NCBI GenBank assembly: GCA_029717555.1 | Contig: JAMDHS010000032.1 | Coordinates: 124,001-188,000, forward strand | Length of the DNA: 64,000 nt | Direction: 5' to 3' | DNA from: Peribolospora baueri | Lineage: Eukaryota | In this document: one piece after another, positions 13,295 to 23,529 of the stretch | How the letters are laid out: each line of letters opens with the position of its first letter | Numbering within the stretch: the stretch's first letter is position 1 | Made by a program: the position numbers and the translations under genes | Notes under the pieces: model-generated | What the model was told of the DNA's origin: nothing | Seen by the model: only the letters and a program-made list of their open reading frames with translations | The model's database searches: none

Positions 13295-16123
13295 TCACTT
13301 CCTCTCCCCTTCCGCCTCCTCCTCCTCCACAAGCCCCTCCGCCGTCGGTGGCTCCTTCAAAGCCCTCGCAATCTCCTTCAGCGCGTCCCCCCACCGCACA
13401 TTCGCCGTGTCCGTCATGTAAGAACCAGAGGCTAGGATGTTGGCCTTTCGAGCCCGTGTCTCTGCTTGCATCTTCAGAATCTCTGACGCGCTCAGTCCAG
13501 CCGGAAGCGCAGCTGAATCACCTACCGCCACCGCCGAGGAGGACAACGGCGCCTCCTCCTCTCGTCGGTCGTCCCCGTCCCCGGGACGGTCTTTGCCCGT
13601 CGCCTCCCCCTCCTCCTCATACCGCGGCACCGGCTTCCTCCTCCTTCCTTCCCCACCCGGATTTGCCGGCCTCCACGGCGAAGGCGAGCGCGAACGGGAA
13701 TCCGACCCGGCGGCATGGTGACCATACGTCCGAGCCGTCCTCTCCCCCTCCCGCTCCGTCTCCGGCAGCCACAGCGGCGGAGGCGGAGGCGGCGACGGCA
13801 CCGCTTTCCGTCTAATCGTCCCCGCGCCAACGCCAACGCCAACGCCAACGTCTGGCGAGTTCGGTCTCCGGATGCTCGACCTCGACCCGACGACGACGGC
13901 ACCCTGCCATCCCTCTTCTTCCTTCGCCGAGCCTTCCACCCGGTGCAGTGGCGAGATTGCCCTCCTCACCGGCGGCGAACTCGGTCTGAAGAGCGACCGA
14001 ATCGACCCGCTGACCGACGACGCCCTAGCCGTCGTTTCCGCGCCCGACGACGAAGACGAAAGAGAAGAAGACCGCATCCACTCCCTCCTCTCCGACCCTC
14101 CAGCATAGTCCGCCGGATGTGCCTTGGCAGCTCTGTTGTTGTAGTACGAGCTAGGCGGCGGAGACGACGATCGAGGCTTGCCGTTGTTGCCCAACGGAGA
14201 ACTGGGACGAAAAAACTTGCCCGGGCTGCTCGGCCGCTTCGGTATGCCGTCCACGGCCGGGTCGTAGAACGCCTCCGTGACCGTGCCGAAGCGTCTGCCC
14301 GTCGGCGACGACGGTCGCCCGTTGGCGCTGGCAGCAGCAGCAGCAGCCACGGTCGGACTGAGCGGCCTGCGAACGACGACGGGCCGGCTCGAAACGGTGG
14401 CCGCGCTTCTCGCCGAGCTGGCCGAAACCAAGCTCGAGTTGCTGGCCACTCGCTCGAGACGTGCCAGGTCCGTCGTCGTCGTCGTCGGCACCGGCGCCGA
14501 GGTAGGTGGACTGGAAGAATCATATCTCCACCCGTTCGGCGACGATGATCGGCGATGAGCCACCGTCGACGCGCCGCGGACAGGGCTCGTGGGACGAACG
14601 TTAACAGGAGACGAAGGACGCGAAGCGACGCGCTCGAGCGCTCCCACGTCAATGCGCACGCTCCTTCCATTCTCCAGCGTGTCGCCGAAAGGACTCGAAG
14701 GCCGCTTCGTCGGAGAAACAGAGCGCTGAGCTTCATCGACCAGCGACAGAACGGGCGATGCCGGCCGAATTCGTTCGGTGGAGAACTGACGAATATCAGT
14801 CTGACGTTCCATACCGCTCGGCAGCGGCCCAGGCGCACCGCCCTCTTCTGGTACGCCCGGTCGCGCCGACGTCGCTCTGAATCCTTCCGGCACTGGCAGA
14901 GGCCTTCTTCCTGTGGGTGAGCTAGATCGAGAACCGAGGCTCGTCCGTGCTGGCCTCGGTCCTCCGGGTGAGGCGGGTCTACGTTCCGTTGCGAACCTGG
15001 TACGGCCCGTCGGCGAAGATGCTCTGTCGATAGGAGAAGAAGGTCTCTGCGACCCATCTTCCGTATTCCTTGGAGGCGAAGGACGAGGCGAGGTTGTGGA
15101 GGAACCGAAATGCACGCCGCTCCCGGCATCCGCCTCATTAGCGAGGTCCGAGTACTTGGGCACCGGCTTGCGAACAGGGCTCGAAGGTCGGCTTCCAATG
15201 CCAGAGCGAACGCTCGGAGACGGCGATCCAGCATGGCTTCGCAAAGGTGAGGCCGACCGGATCTGCGACGGAGGCCTGACGGGAAAGGGCGCTTGGATGG
15301 CATTTGGAGAAGCTGGTCGTGGCGGAGGGGAGCTCGGCTGAGGGGCCGGACAGCCTCGCGACGAGAGCGGGGGTGCGGCGCGCACGGGTGTATTGTCGCT
15401 GCGAATGACGGTGTCTACGGAGCCGTTTGATGGCGTGTCTGAAGCGAGAGCGGCGGCAATGTCGGCCAATTGGGCTTTGACCTGCTCCGACTTACGAAGG
15501 GCGTGCATGAAACAGGGGGAGATCGGGTCAGCGTCGGCGAGATCGAAAGCGCGAGTTTGGGTCGTCGCCGCGACGCAGGCACTCACATCGACGTCATGAA
15601 CCAGCCTCGCTCCGGGCCCTGTCGTAACATCCCCGGCTCCTATGTGAGCGGTGTGTTGGAAGTTGGTAGGCTTGCCAATCATAGACTTGTCAATGGGTCC
15701 CTTCCGTTTCTTCCCGGCCTCTGTCCCTGTCCCTGCACCTGAAGTAAGGATTGCATGGGCCTTTTTGGGAGAGGAGGGATGGGAAGAGACGGGTGTAGGT
15801 TTGAGGTCCGGCGGAGGGGAGGCGCTAGGAGGCGGGGCTCGTACGCCATCGCGACGCCGTCCGTCCTCCGCAGACATTCGCGGTCGACCGGTAGGACTGA
15901 GCGGTCTCCTCAACGGGCTCTGTGGCCGCCGCCTGCCATGCTCATCCGCAGCCGAGGGAGAAGGAACGGGCGGAGGAGACGAAGGCCTGCTGCTGCCTTC
16001 GGCGAGACGCCTCGCGTAGAGCTTGTTGAGTGCCGAGTCGGGATCCTGCGCTGCTGCTCGCTGGCGAGGCAGCGAGTCAAAAGGGTCGGGAGACTTGCAG
16101 CCGAGCGCGGAAAGGAGAGGCAT
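13295..16123 (-). CDS. CRIB/PBD-containing low-complexity Ser/Pro/Arg-rich protein (putative Cdc42/Rac effector)
   Basis: 942-aa ORF with CRIB motif IDKSMIGKPTNFQHTAHIG. Probable in-frame intron starting at 15586. No kinase domain is visible. Confidence 0.75.
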   Translation of the reverse strand: MPLLSALGCKSPDPFDSLPRQRAAAQDPDSALNKLYARRLAEGSSRPSSPPPVPSPSAADEHGRRRPQSPLRRPLSPTGRPRMSAEDGRRRDGVRAPPPSASPPPDLKPTPVSSHPSSPKKAHAILTSGAGTGTEAGKKRKGPIDKSMIGKPTNFQHTAHIGAGDVTTGPGARLVHDVDVSACVAATTQTRAFDLADADPISPCFMHALRKSEQVKAQLADIAAALASDTPSNGSVDTVIRSDNTPVRAAPPLSSRGCPAPQPSSPPPRPASPNAIQAPFPVRPPSQIRSASPLRSHAGSPSPSVRSGIGSRPSSPVRKPVPKYSDLANEADAGSGVHFGSSTTSPRPSPPRNTEDGSQRPSSPIDRASSPTGRTRFATERRPASPGGPRPARTSLGSRSSSPTGRRPLPVPEGFRATSARPGVPEEGGAPGPLPSGMERQTDIRQFSTERIRPASPVLSLVDEAQRSVSPTKRPSSPFGDTLENGRSVRIDVGALERVASRPSSPVNVRPTSPVRGASTVAHRRSSSPNGWRYDSSSPPTSAPVPTTTTTDLARLERVASNSSLVSASSARSAATVSSRPVVVRRPLSPTVAAAAAASANGRPSSPTGRRFGTVTEAFYDPAVDGIPKRPSSPGKFFRPSSPLGNNGKPRSSSPPPSSYYNNRAAKAHPADYAGGSERREWMRSSSLSSSSSGAETTARASSVSGSIRSLFRPSSPPVRRAISPLHRVEGSAKEEEGWQGAVVVGSRSSIRRPNSPDVGVGVGVGAGTIRRKAVPSPPPPPPLWLPETEREGERTARTYGHHAAGSDSRSRSPSPWRPANPGGEGRRRKPVPRYEEEGEATGKDRPGDGDDRREEEAPLSSSAVAVGDSAALPAGLSASEILKMQAETRARKANILASGSYMTDTANVRWGDALKEIARALKEPPTAEGLVEEEEAEGERK

Positions 16124-16776
16124 TGTGGCTAAACGATAAGGACCGGAGGCGGGGTCGGAGGCGGCGAGGCGCGGAAGAGGAGTTGGTGTAGGTAATAGGT
16201 GGACCAGGTGGTGAGCGGGTGATGAGAGGAGTCGGCACCGACTTGGTGAGTGCGGCCAATGAGATGCGCTGGGCTGGTGTCAATTCAAGTCTCCCGTGGA
16301 AGAAGGAGAACAGGGTGGCGAGGAGACCGCCCGGGGTGAGGAGACGAAGGTGAGAAGGAAGACACAGGCGCCTGTACGGCGCATCCGAGGCGGTGACCGG
16401 ACGAGCGAGGCGTGCACGACACTGGGAGCGACAGCCATTAGGGGCACCGTGCCGCAGCAGCGCCGAGCGTGCACGGGCCAAGGTCATGAATAGAACTCAC
16501 TCGTGAACTTACGACGGCTGGAAGGTCACCAAAGCTCCGCGAGGCAGCAGTGCAATTGGTAGCTCAAGTGTCTGACCCGCCGGTCAGACGACGCTGTTCA
16601 TGACACGCAGGAGAGCAGCACGCACGGAGAGCGGTGACGGTATGTCATCCAAGACTGCGTACCTCCTCATTTCGGACGGGCGTTGGGGCGAGCGCAGAAA
16701 ATATCTACATCGACACGAAGATCTACGGACGGTAGCAAGCGCGCCTTCTATCCTGTCCTCGCCGCCATGTCCCCTC

Positions 16777-19449
16777 TTACCCTTGACCTCTCTCCCCCTC
16801 TGGCCCCCTCGCCCTCTCCGCCTCGCTGAGCAGATTCTGGAGCACCTTTCTAGCGGCCCTCTGATCTCCCCTCTTACGAAAGGCGTCGATGAACATCAGG
16901 TGCAATGGTCGGACATGGCGCTTGAAGGCTAGATGTGTCCTCGAGGACGAAGAAGAGCAAGGTAAAGACGAGCTTGTCGGGGCTGGGGCTAAAAGAGAAA
17001 AGGCCAGAATAGACTCTGAGGCTCGAGACGACCCGCGATTGGAAGACGAAGACGAAGACGAAGAGGGAAACGAAGCAGACGACGTGGCCACGGAGGGCCG
17101 CCCGACAACGCTCGTCGCACCCTCACTCTCCAGCGCTGTCCAAAGCCTCTTGAGATCGTTCGTCCCCAGCAGTCGCTCCTGCTTCAGAGCGGCCTTGAGG
17201 ATGATATTGAGCGTCACGCGGTCTGGGACAAAGTCGTAGCGAGATACGAAGACGCGCACGAGCTCGAGGACGTGGCGCAGTTCGCGGGGGCCTTCGTAAA
17301 GCTTCTTTCGCCGTCGGAGAGGGCGTTGATGACGAAAGAGCATCGAGAGATGCCGGAGGCCCTCAGAGTAGACTGTAGGGACTTTCCGCAAAGAGGACAA
17401 CGAGCCGGCGGTCGCGCGAAGACGACGTCGAGGCCGAGCTAAGAGCACGCTGTGCAAGAGCACATTGAAGATGGCCGTCTTTCGCGCCCTTTCCTCCTCC
17501 GTTCCCGTCCAATATTGCTTCTCCCCATCCTCCTCAACTCGTCGCCGTCGCCGTCCCGATTGTAGTAGCACCAACTCCTCAGCTAAGCGGACAGCCTGGT
17601 GCCACCTCTTCGTCCTCGCGCAACGCTTCATCCAGCGGAGCTTCGACCCGTAGTTCACATTGGCCATCAACTGAGTACTTCGTGCCGGCGCTGGCCTAGT
17701 TGGGTCGATGGCTCGAAGCGCACGACGAGCAGAAAGGGGCAAGGCGATTGGGGTATGGAGAAAGGCGCCAGCCAGACCGCGCTCGCTCGGTCGGAAGCGC
17801 GATAGCACTTCGTCCGTCCATCGCCTGAGCAAGACGCGCAGGCGGCGAGCAAGTCGTCGAGAATGCACGTCGGTGAAGCATAGACCCTCGATCACGACCG
17901 CGTACATTGCCCGCGTCCTGTCTTGTCGAGGCACGCTTTCCAGCAAGCGACTGGCCAGCCATGGACGGTCACCCAGCCAGGGCCGATTGGAGATCGTCAA
18001 AATGCGCAGGAGTCGAAGGACGTCGTTCCCGGTGATCAGCTTGTCGCCTCGAGAGGACTGCGCGCGTACCCTATGAATCGCGCGTTCGTTGGGAGCCAGC
18101 ACCCCGAGAGGTCCCCCAACCAACTCGTTCTCCTGCTGCCACACGATGGACGCCTTCCTTGCAGCGCCATACGTCTTGGCGACGAGGAATATGGCCTCTC
18201 TTTCCAGCCCCCATTTAACGGCCATCCTCAAGGCCTGCTGCAACGTCTGGCGGTCCACCAACGACACGCCTCCTACGCCACCTCGTTCCAGCAACTCCTC
18301 CAAGCAAGCAGCCAACGCCCGGACAGCCTCTTGTCTCCGCCAGGCTGTCGGCCGGGACGTCCTACTGCCGCGCAGTCCTACGCCAGCCGCCAAGCGACGA
18401 AGACTCCTCGATGTTAACTGGGATGAAACGGCAGGTGGGAGCGACGTTGTTTCGACCACATCGGCGAGAAGACGACCGGGAGAGACCCTTTTGGTGAGGC
18501 CGAACACCGCCTTTCGCAAGAGGTAGCGCACCTGCGAAGGCCTAAGCCAACCGTGTGCATGGATGCGCGCGGGCGTGGAGACGAGTAGGGTAAAGAAAAT
18601 GTGATAGTGTTGCTGACTTGGACACAGCGACGACAACGCGGGCATTGCTCGAGACGACGCGTGCTGAGAGGATCGACATGATCCTGCTGGCGGCAGTGGC
18701 GATGCAGCTCCGAAGGCTAGAAAGAGATGGGTAGAGAGAAGGTGGTAGACCGTCGAAGGGTGGACGAGTGGAGGACGTCGGTGATGGGCCATAGCCGACG
18801 AAGAGGTACCTATCGAGAGTAGCAACGCATCCGCGCTCGCCAAGTCGAAGCCGATGAGGTCGAAGAGGAGCTCATCCGCCACGTCGTCCCACCAAAGCTC
18901 CTCCTCGTCCTCCCGGTCTACGGCCTTCCTGAAGCGCGCTTCGGGATGCGGACCGAGGGCAGAGACAACCGAGTTGGGGAGCTTGTCGCGCACTGCCCAC
19001 CAGTTGATACTCGTTGAACTGAACAGTGTCTGGCTAGCATGGCTGAGGAGAGCCTGGAAGGCGGGGGTGCGGCGGTGTGATCGGTTCGACAATTTGGATG
19101 GGGGCGTCGGCCAAGAAGGCGTGCTTGAGCAAGATCCCGGATCCACAGTTTTGGCCTTTGCTTTGCCCAACCTCTTCCCATCAATCTCCGCTGCTCGCGA
19201 CGTTGGTCTAGCCTCCCAGTGAGACTCGTTACTTGCAGTGTGGTCACAGGGACAAGCCCGCTGACCTCTCGACGGTCCGGCGGCCGCGCCACAAGCTTGC
19301 CTCTGCCCGGCACTGCCCCCATTCCGGAAGCCCACCTTTGCGATCTCGACGGTCGCTGAAGACAGCAGCAACGAAGGCTGGGGATGAGCGGCCAAGCAAA
19401 GCCGAGGGTAGAGGAAGGAGAGCGGGGGTAAGGGCGGGCGTATAGACAT
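16777..19449 (-). CDS. Probable mitochondrial pentatricopeptide-repeat-like protein
   Basis: 890-aa uninterrupted ORF with a basic N-terminus resembling a targeting peptide. PPR-like helices: RAMYAVVIEGLC, AIFNVLLHSV, FVPDRVTLNIILKAALK. Confidence 0.55.
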   Translation of the reverse strand: MSIRPPLPPLSFLYPRLCLAAHPQPSLLLSSATVEIAKVGFRNGGSAGQRQACGAAAGPSRGQRACPCDHTASNESHWEARPTSRAAEIDGKRLGKAKAKTVDPGSCSSTPSWPTPPSKLSNRSHRRTPAFQALLSHASQTLFSSTSINWWAVRDKLPNSVVSALGPHPEARFRKAVDREDEEELWWDDVADELLFDLIGFDLASADALLLSIGTSSSAMAHHRRPPLVHPSTVYHLLSTHLFLAFGAASPLPPAGSCRSSQHASSRAMPALSSLCPSQQHYHIFFTLLVSTPARIHAHGWLRPSQVRYLLRKAVFGLTKRVSPGRLLADVVETTSLPPAVSSQLTSRSLRRLAAGVGLRGSRTSRPTAWRRQEAVRALAACLEELLERGGVGGVSLVDRQTLQQALRMAVKWGLEREAIFLVAKTYGAARKASIVWQQENELVGGPLGVLAPNERAIHRVRAQSSRGDKLITGNDVLRLLRILTISNRPWLGDRPWLASRLLESVPRQDRTRAMYAVVIEGLCFTDVHSRRLARRLRVLLRRWTDEVLSRFRPSERGLAGAFLHTPIALPLSARRALRAIDPTRPAPARSTQLMANVNYGSKLRWMKRCARTKRWHQAVRLAEELVLLQSGRRRRRVEEDGEKQYWTGTEEERARKTAIFNVLLHSVLLARPRRRLRATAGSLSSLRKVPTVYSEGLRHLSMLFRHQRPLRRRKKLYEGPRELRHVLELVRVFVSRYDFVPDRVTLNIILKAALKQERLLGTNDLKRLWTALESEGATSVVGRPSVATSSASFPSSSSSSSSNRGSSRASESILAFSLLAPAPTSSSLPCSSSSSRTHLAFKRHVRPLHLMFIDAFRKRGDQRAARKVLQNLLSEAERARGPEGERGQG

Positions 19450-20003
19450 CCCATGCCTAGCCGGCAGGGTGATGGCCGTCCGGGAAAGCGGTAGAGCCGT
19501 GGAGTGAGGAAATGTGCCGCTAGGAGGAGCTCATGAGGGCGAGGGCAAGCCGGGCCAGAGCTGATGTGAACAAGGCGTTGATCACCAGCGGCAAGCATCG
19601 GATGAGGTGTTGGTGCGAGCGCGCATAACCTACTCGCTCGCCTTCCTTCCGGCCGCAGCTCGGCGATAGGCGGCGACAGCGGATTCGAGAGCGAGGCGAG
19701 GGTTAGTGGAAAGGCGGACGGACAGGTGGGTTCAAACGTAAGGCTCCTTCAGCCAAAGCACGACAATGACATAGGATGATGACGGGCGGTAGCCACAAAA
19801 TGTAGGAGCAGATGTACAAGGAATGATCTCAGTCGCTGTGAGACCGAGCACAGTCAGCCATTTGGAAGTAACGAGACGAGCAGAGGCAGAGTAACTAAGC
19901 TGTGCAGTTGGACTGACTGCGGCGAGTTACGCGCCAGCGAAGAAGAAAATTGCTCTGGCTTCGGCTTGATCTCCTTCCTCATCATCCATCGCCTTTCGAG
20001 CCT

Positions 20004-20107
20004 GTGAGTCGTGCTGGCAGGGCATTCCGGTCAGACTGCGACAGTGAGCGACCCTTTCTACGTGTGGGCTGACCAATGAACCACATCATCTTGTCCGTCT
20101 CTCGCAG
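20004..20107 (+). other. Probable 5'-UTR intron of RPP0
   Basis: GTGAGT at 20004, GCTGAC branch point at ~20068 and CGCAG at 20107, upstream of the ATG at 20236. Confidence 0.55.
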
Positions 20108-20235
20108 TTAAAAAGCCCTTGCATCCGCTTGACGAGATCAAAGGAAGGCCCGGCAACCCCTCCCTCTCAACTCACACCAACTCTTCTTCTACGCTTCATT
20201 TCTCCAACACTTCATCTCTTCAACTTTCTCTGAAA

Positions 20236-21624
20236 ATGGGTGGCACTCGCGAGCAGAAGGCCAGCTGGTTCGCCAAGCTCAAAGAGCTTATGGACACTTA
20301 CCGTGAGTGGATCATCCGTCCGCCTGCGGACCCGCGATGACCGCTTTTACCCATACTTATCGGCCTTTCCTTCGTCTTTCTTCCTTTTCTCAGCGTCCAT
20401 CTTCATTGTCAACGTTGACAACGTCGGGTCGAACCAGATGCACCAGATCCGTCAGGCCCTCCGCGGCAAGGGTGTAGTTCTCATGGGCAAGAACACCATG
20501 GTTCGCCGCGCCATCCGTCTCGTGGTCGGCGCGCAGCCCCAGTTCGAGCGCCTCCTGCCCCACGTCAAGGGCAACATTGGTTTCGTCTTCACCTCGGGCG
20601 ACCTCAAGGATGTGCGCGACATCATCGTCTCTAACAAGGTTGCTGCCCCCGCCCGTGCCGGCGCCTTCGCTCCCCTCGACGTCATCATTCCCGCTGGTAA
20701 CACTGGTATGGAGCCCGGCAAGACCTCTTTCTTCCAGGCCCTCTCGATTCCCACCAAGATCGCCCGTGGTACCATTGGTGCGTGGATCGATCTTCGTTGT
20801 TACCTTGCCATTCACCTCGTGTGTCCCTCGTGCCGCTCACAGCGGGTATTAAACTGAAAATGCCACTTTCGCTGCTTTGGTGTACATTTCGCTTCCGCAG
20901 AAATCGTCAGCGACGTCAAGGTCGTCGAGAAGAACTCGCGTGTCGGCCCCTCCGAGGCTACGTTGTTGAACATGCTCAACATCTCGCCGTTCACCTACGG
21001 AATGACGGTCATCCAGATCTTCGACAACGGCAATGCTTTCTCTCCCGACGTGCTCGACGTCGCCGAGGAGGACCTCGTGAAGCAATTCCTCCAGGGTGTC
21101 AGCCAGATCGCCTCGATCTCGCTCGCGATCAGCTACCCCACCCAGGCTTCCATCATGCACTCGCTCATCAACAGCGCCAAGAACCTCATCGCCGTCGCCG
21201 TCGCGGCCGACGTCGATCTCGACATTGCCGAGAAGGTGAGCAAGCGTTCTGGACTTCAAACTTCGTGTCGTGCGAGTCCTGCGACCGCGCAGCCAGACGA
21301 TGCTCTCAAATATATCACACTGAAAATTCGTCCGTCTATCGACGAGAACACTTGAACATATCTGATGGCAACGTGACCCGTCACCGGGGCATGGCGTGGC
21401 GCTACGACGGAGAAACTGACCTCAATGTTCTTGTTCTATCTTCGTCATGTGTTTTTTCGCTCACTCAGGCCAAGGCCTACCTCAAGGACCCCAGTGCCTT
21501 CGCCGTTGCGGCCCCCGCTGCTGAGGCCGCTGCCGCCGACGCCGCCGCGCCCGCTGCTGAGGAGAAGAAGGAGGAGGAGGCTGAGGAGTCGGACGATGAC
21601 ATGGGCTTCGGTCTCTTCGACTAA
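20236..21624 (+). CDS. RPP0: 60S acidic ribosomal protein P0 (uL10)
   Basis: Introns 20303-20393, 20778-20900 and 21236-21468. Motifs [18 protein letters not shown]...[10 protein letters not shown] and [16 protein letters not shown]-terminus [13 protein letters not shown]. Confidence 0.98.
21292..21369 (+). ncRNA. Candidate intronic box C/D snoRNA
   Basis: Terminal stem GCCA/TGGC, degenerate C box (ACGATGC), CTGA at 21320 and 21362. Forms an AT-rich island in the longest RPP0 intron. Confidence 0.45.
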
Positions 21625-22692
21625 GCACACGTTCGTCGCCATGCAGCCTTTCCGGCGGTCCTTAACTATCCCCATGTTTTCCTTCCTTGAGTCTATGCAT
21701 GTAGTTTCTATGCCCACCGTGGAAATGGCATGCCTCTCTTACCACTTAACAATCTGGCTACAGTCGCGGGAGTGTTCCTGTTTGGTAGCATGGTGTGGTT
21801 TTGAGCGAGGGTTTCGCGGCTGTGGAGGCAAAGCTGGACTGGTGGCTTGGAAGGAGGACGTAGCATGTGGATTATAGTCACGATACGGTAGCCCGCCAGT
21901 GCCACTGTCAGCGCTGGGCGCAACTTGAAAGGGGACTATGTAGACTTATCCTCTCTTTTGCCGTGTCAAGGACCACTTTGAAGGTAATCTCAGCATTGGA
22001 ACCGTGAGGTTCTGGGACAACGGTGCTAAGGGATCTTCAGCTCGAGGTTGACAAGGACGATGAGACAGAGGTTGTGCCATACATACCAAGATGATCATCT
22101 GTGACACATCTGCAGCGGAGGCAAGCAGAGCCGCTAACCTGGGGTTCCTTACCAGAATCTATTATTTATCATCACTTGCATTCAAGGGGAAAGAAAGGGT
22201 GGAGCAGGTCCGCACAGCGACTGTACCAGGGAGGTCGACATGTCGTCGTCGACGATCACCTCACGGCCCATAGTCACCTTGACCGAACTTGGGGGAGGCC
22301 GACGTGATTCGCAATGTTCGTAGCGGCAGCGCTGCAGACACACACCGTCTGCTTTGTGGGATCCGTGAAGGGAGACCGGAGTCTTTCATTGTAGACCTGA
22401 AGCGGCAACAGGCAAGAGTAAAGATCCCGCTAGGATTCTCTGAGAGTACTTTACAAGATGGTATATGATAATGCGCCTTCCTTCTCCCGCCCTCAGCAGT
22501 AAGCGACTTGACGGCTTCGGCTTTACCATCCGCTCGTGCTGTCACCACATGGGCGTCCCTCCAGCTGTGCACACGAACGAACCCGCAAGGGCATGTCGAA
22601 GACCTTCCCTTGTTCACTTCGGAGGTGAAAAGGACAGAAAAGCAGCGAGGTGCACAGTTGAAGCGACCCTCTTACTGTCCAGCCACTGATAT

Positions 22693-23164
22693 CTACGGCT
22701 CCAGCCGCAGGTCGTCGCGCCTCGGTACTAAATACGCGGAGGTATGATAGGGACAATGTCGGGTTTGTGAGCGGGTCTGGTAGATACGTGCGCAGGTCTG
22801 GCGCGCACACAGCCAACCAGAGAACACACGCAGACGTCGCATCACGACAAGAATGCTTAAGAGTCGAAGAAGATAGGGAAATGTCAGTAGCCACTCACCG
22901 ATGAGAGGATGTAGTTGAGCCAGGTACACGATGGCCCACATCAGATAGCAGCAGGTGATGGTGAGGAGTGCGGAAGAACGGAACAGACTGCGAGGGTGAA
23001 AAGGAATAACGGGGAGGGAGTTTACCGGTAAAGCTCGTTCGAGTCGCCGAGAATCGGAATAAGCGCACGCACACTTTATTGGGTCCTTTGGGAGCAGCGT
23101 ACCAAGACCCCGCGCCGGCCAGAAGGCAGACTACAAGGCCCCAGATGATATTCCAGCCGGACAT
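22693..23164 (-). CDS. VMA9: V-type H+-ATPase V0 subunit e
   Basis: Three exons give MSGWNIIWGLVVCLLAGAGSWYAAPKGPNK...LFRSALLTITCCYLMWAIVYLAQLHPLI|VPRRDDLRLEP*, with the CCYLMWAIxYLAQLHPLI signature. Confidence 0.92.
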
Positions 23165-23529
23165 GGGTTACTTTGGCGGGGTTAGGTAGGCGGCCGTTCG
23201 GTGACTTCAAATGGTTGAAAGCATTGCGGTTGGAGCGAGTCAGGGCGTCAATTGGTTTTCAGTACCCCTGAAGACATCATCCTCAAGAATACCAAGAATT
23301 GCGTTGGAAATGGGAAGAAACGACTGAACTGAACTCACTGTCGATATGGAGGACGTCGAAGATGGAAGCCGTCTCAAGATCAGGAGAGCGGTCGACGGCG
23401 CTGATGCTGAGGTCGCCCACGCGGAAATGGGCACGTGACCGAGTTTTGGCCGATCAGTCTTCTCCGCGTACTCCTCGACGTTGGCCAACGGCGTGTTTCC
23501 CTTGACCCCCTTCAGTAACTCCCAGGACG

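Noticed and set aside
20071..20090. Minus-strand TTCATTGGTC with nearby GATGATG, reminiscent of U18 snoRNA
   Set aside because: It is antisense to the host transcript, lacks a proper D box, and overlaps the plus-strand branch point.
21625..22692. ~1-kb lower-GC gap between the convergent RPP0 and VMA9 genes
   Set aside because: I found no credible ORF, ncRNA motif or terminal repeats. It is probably UTR and intergenic DNA.
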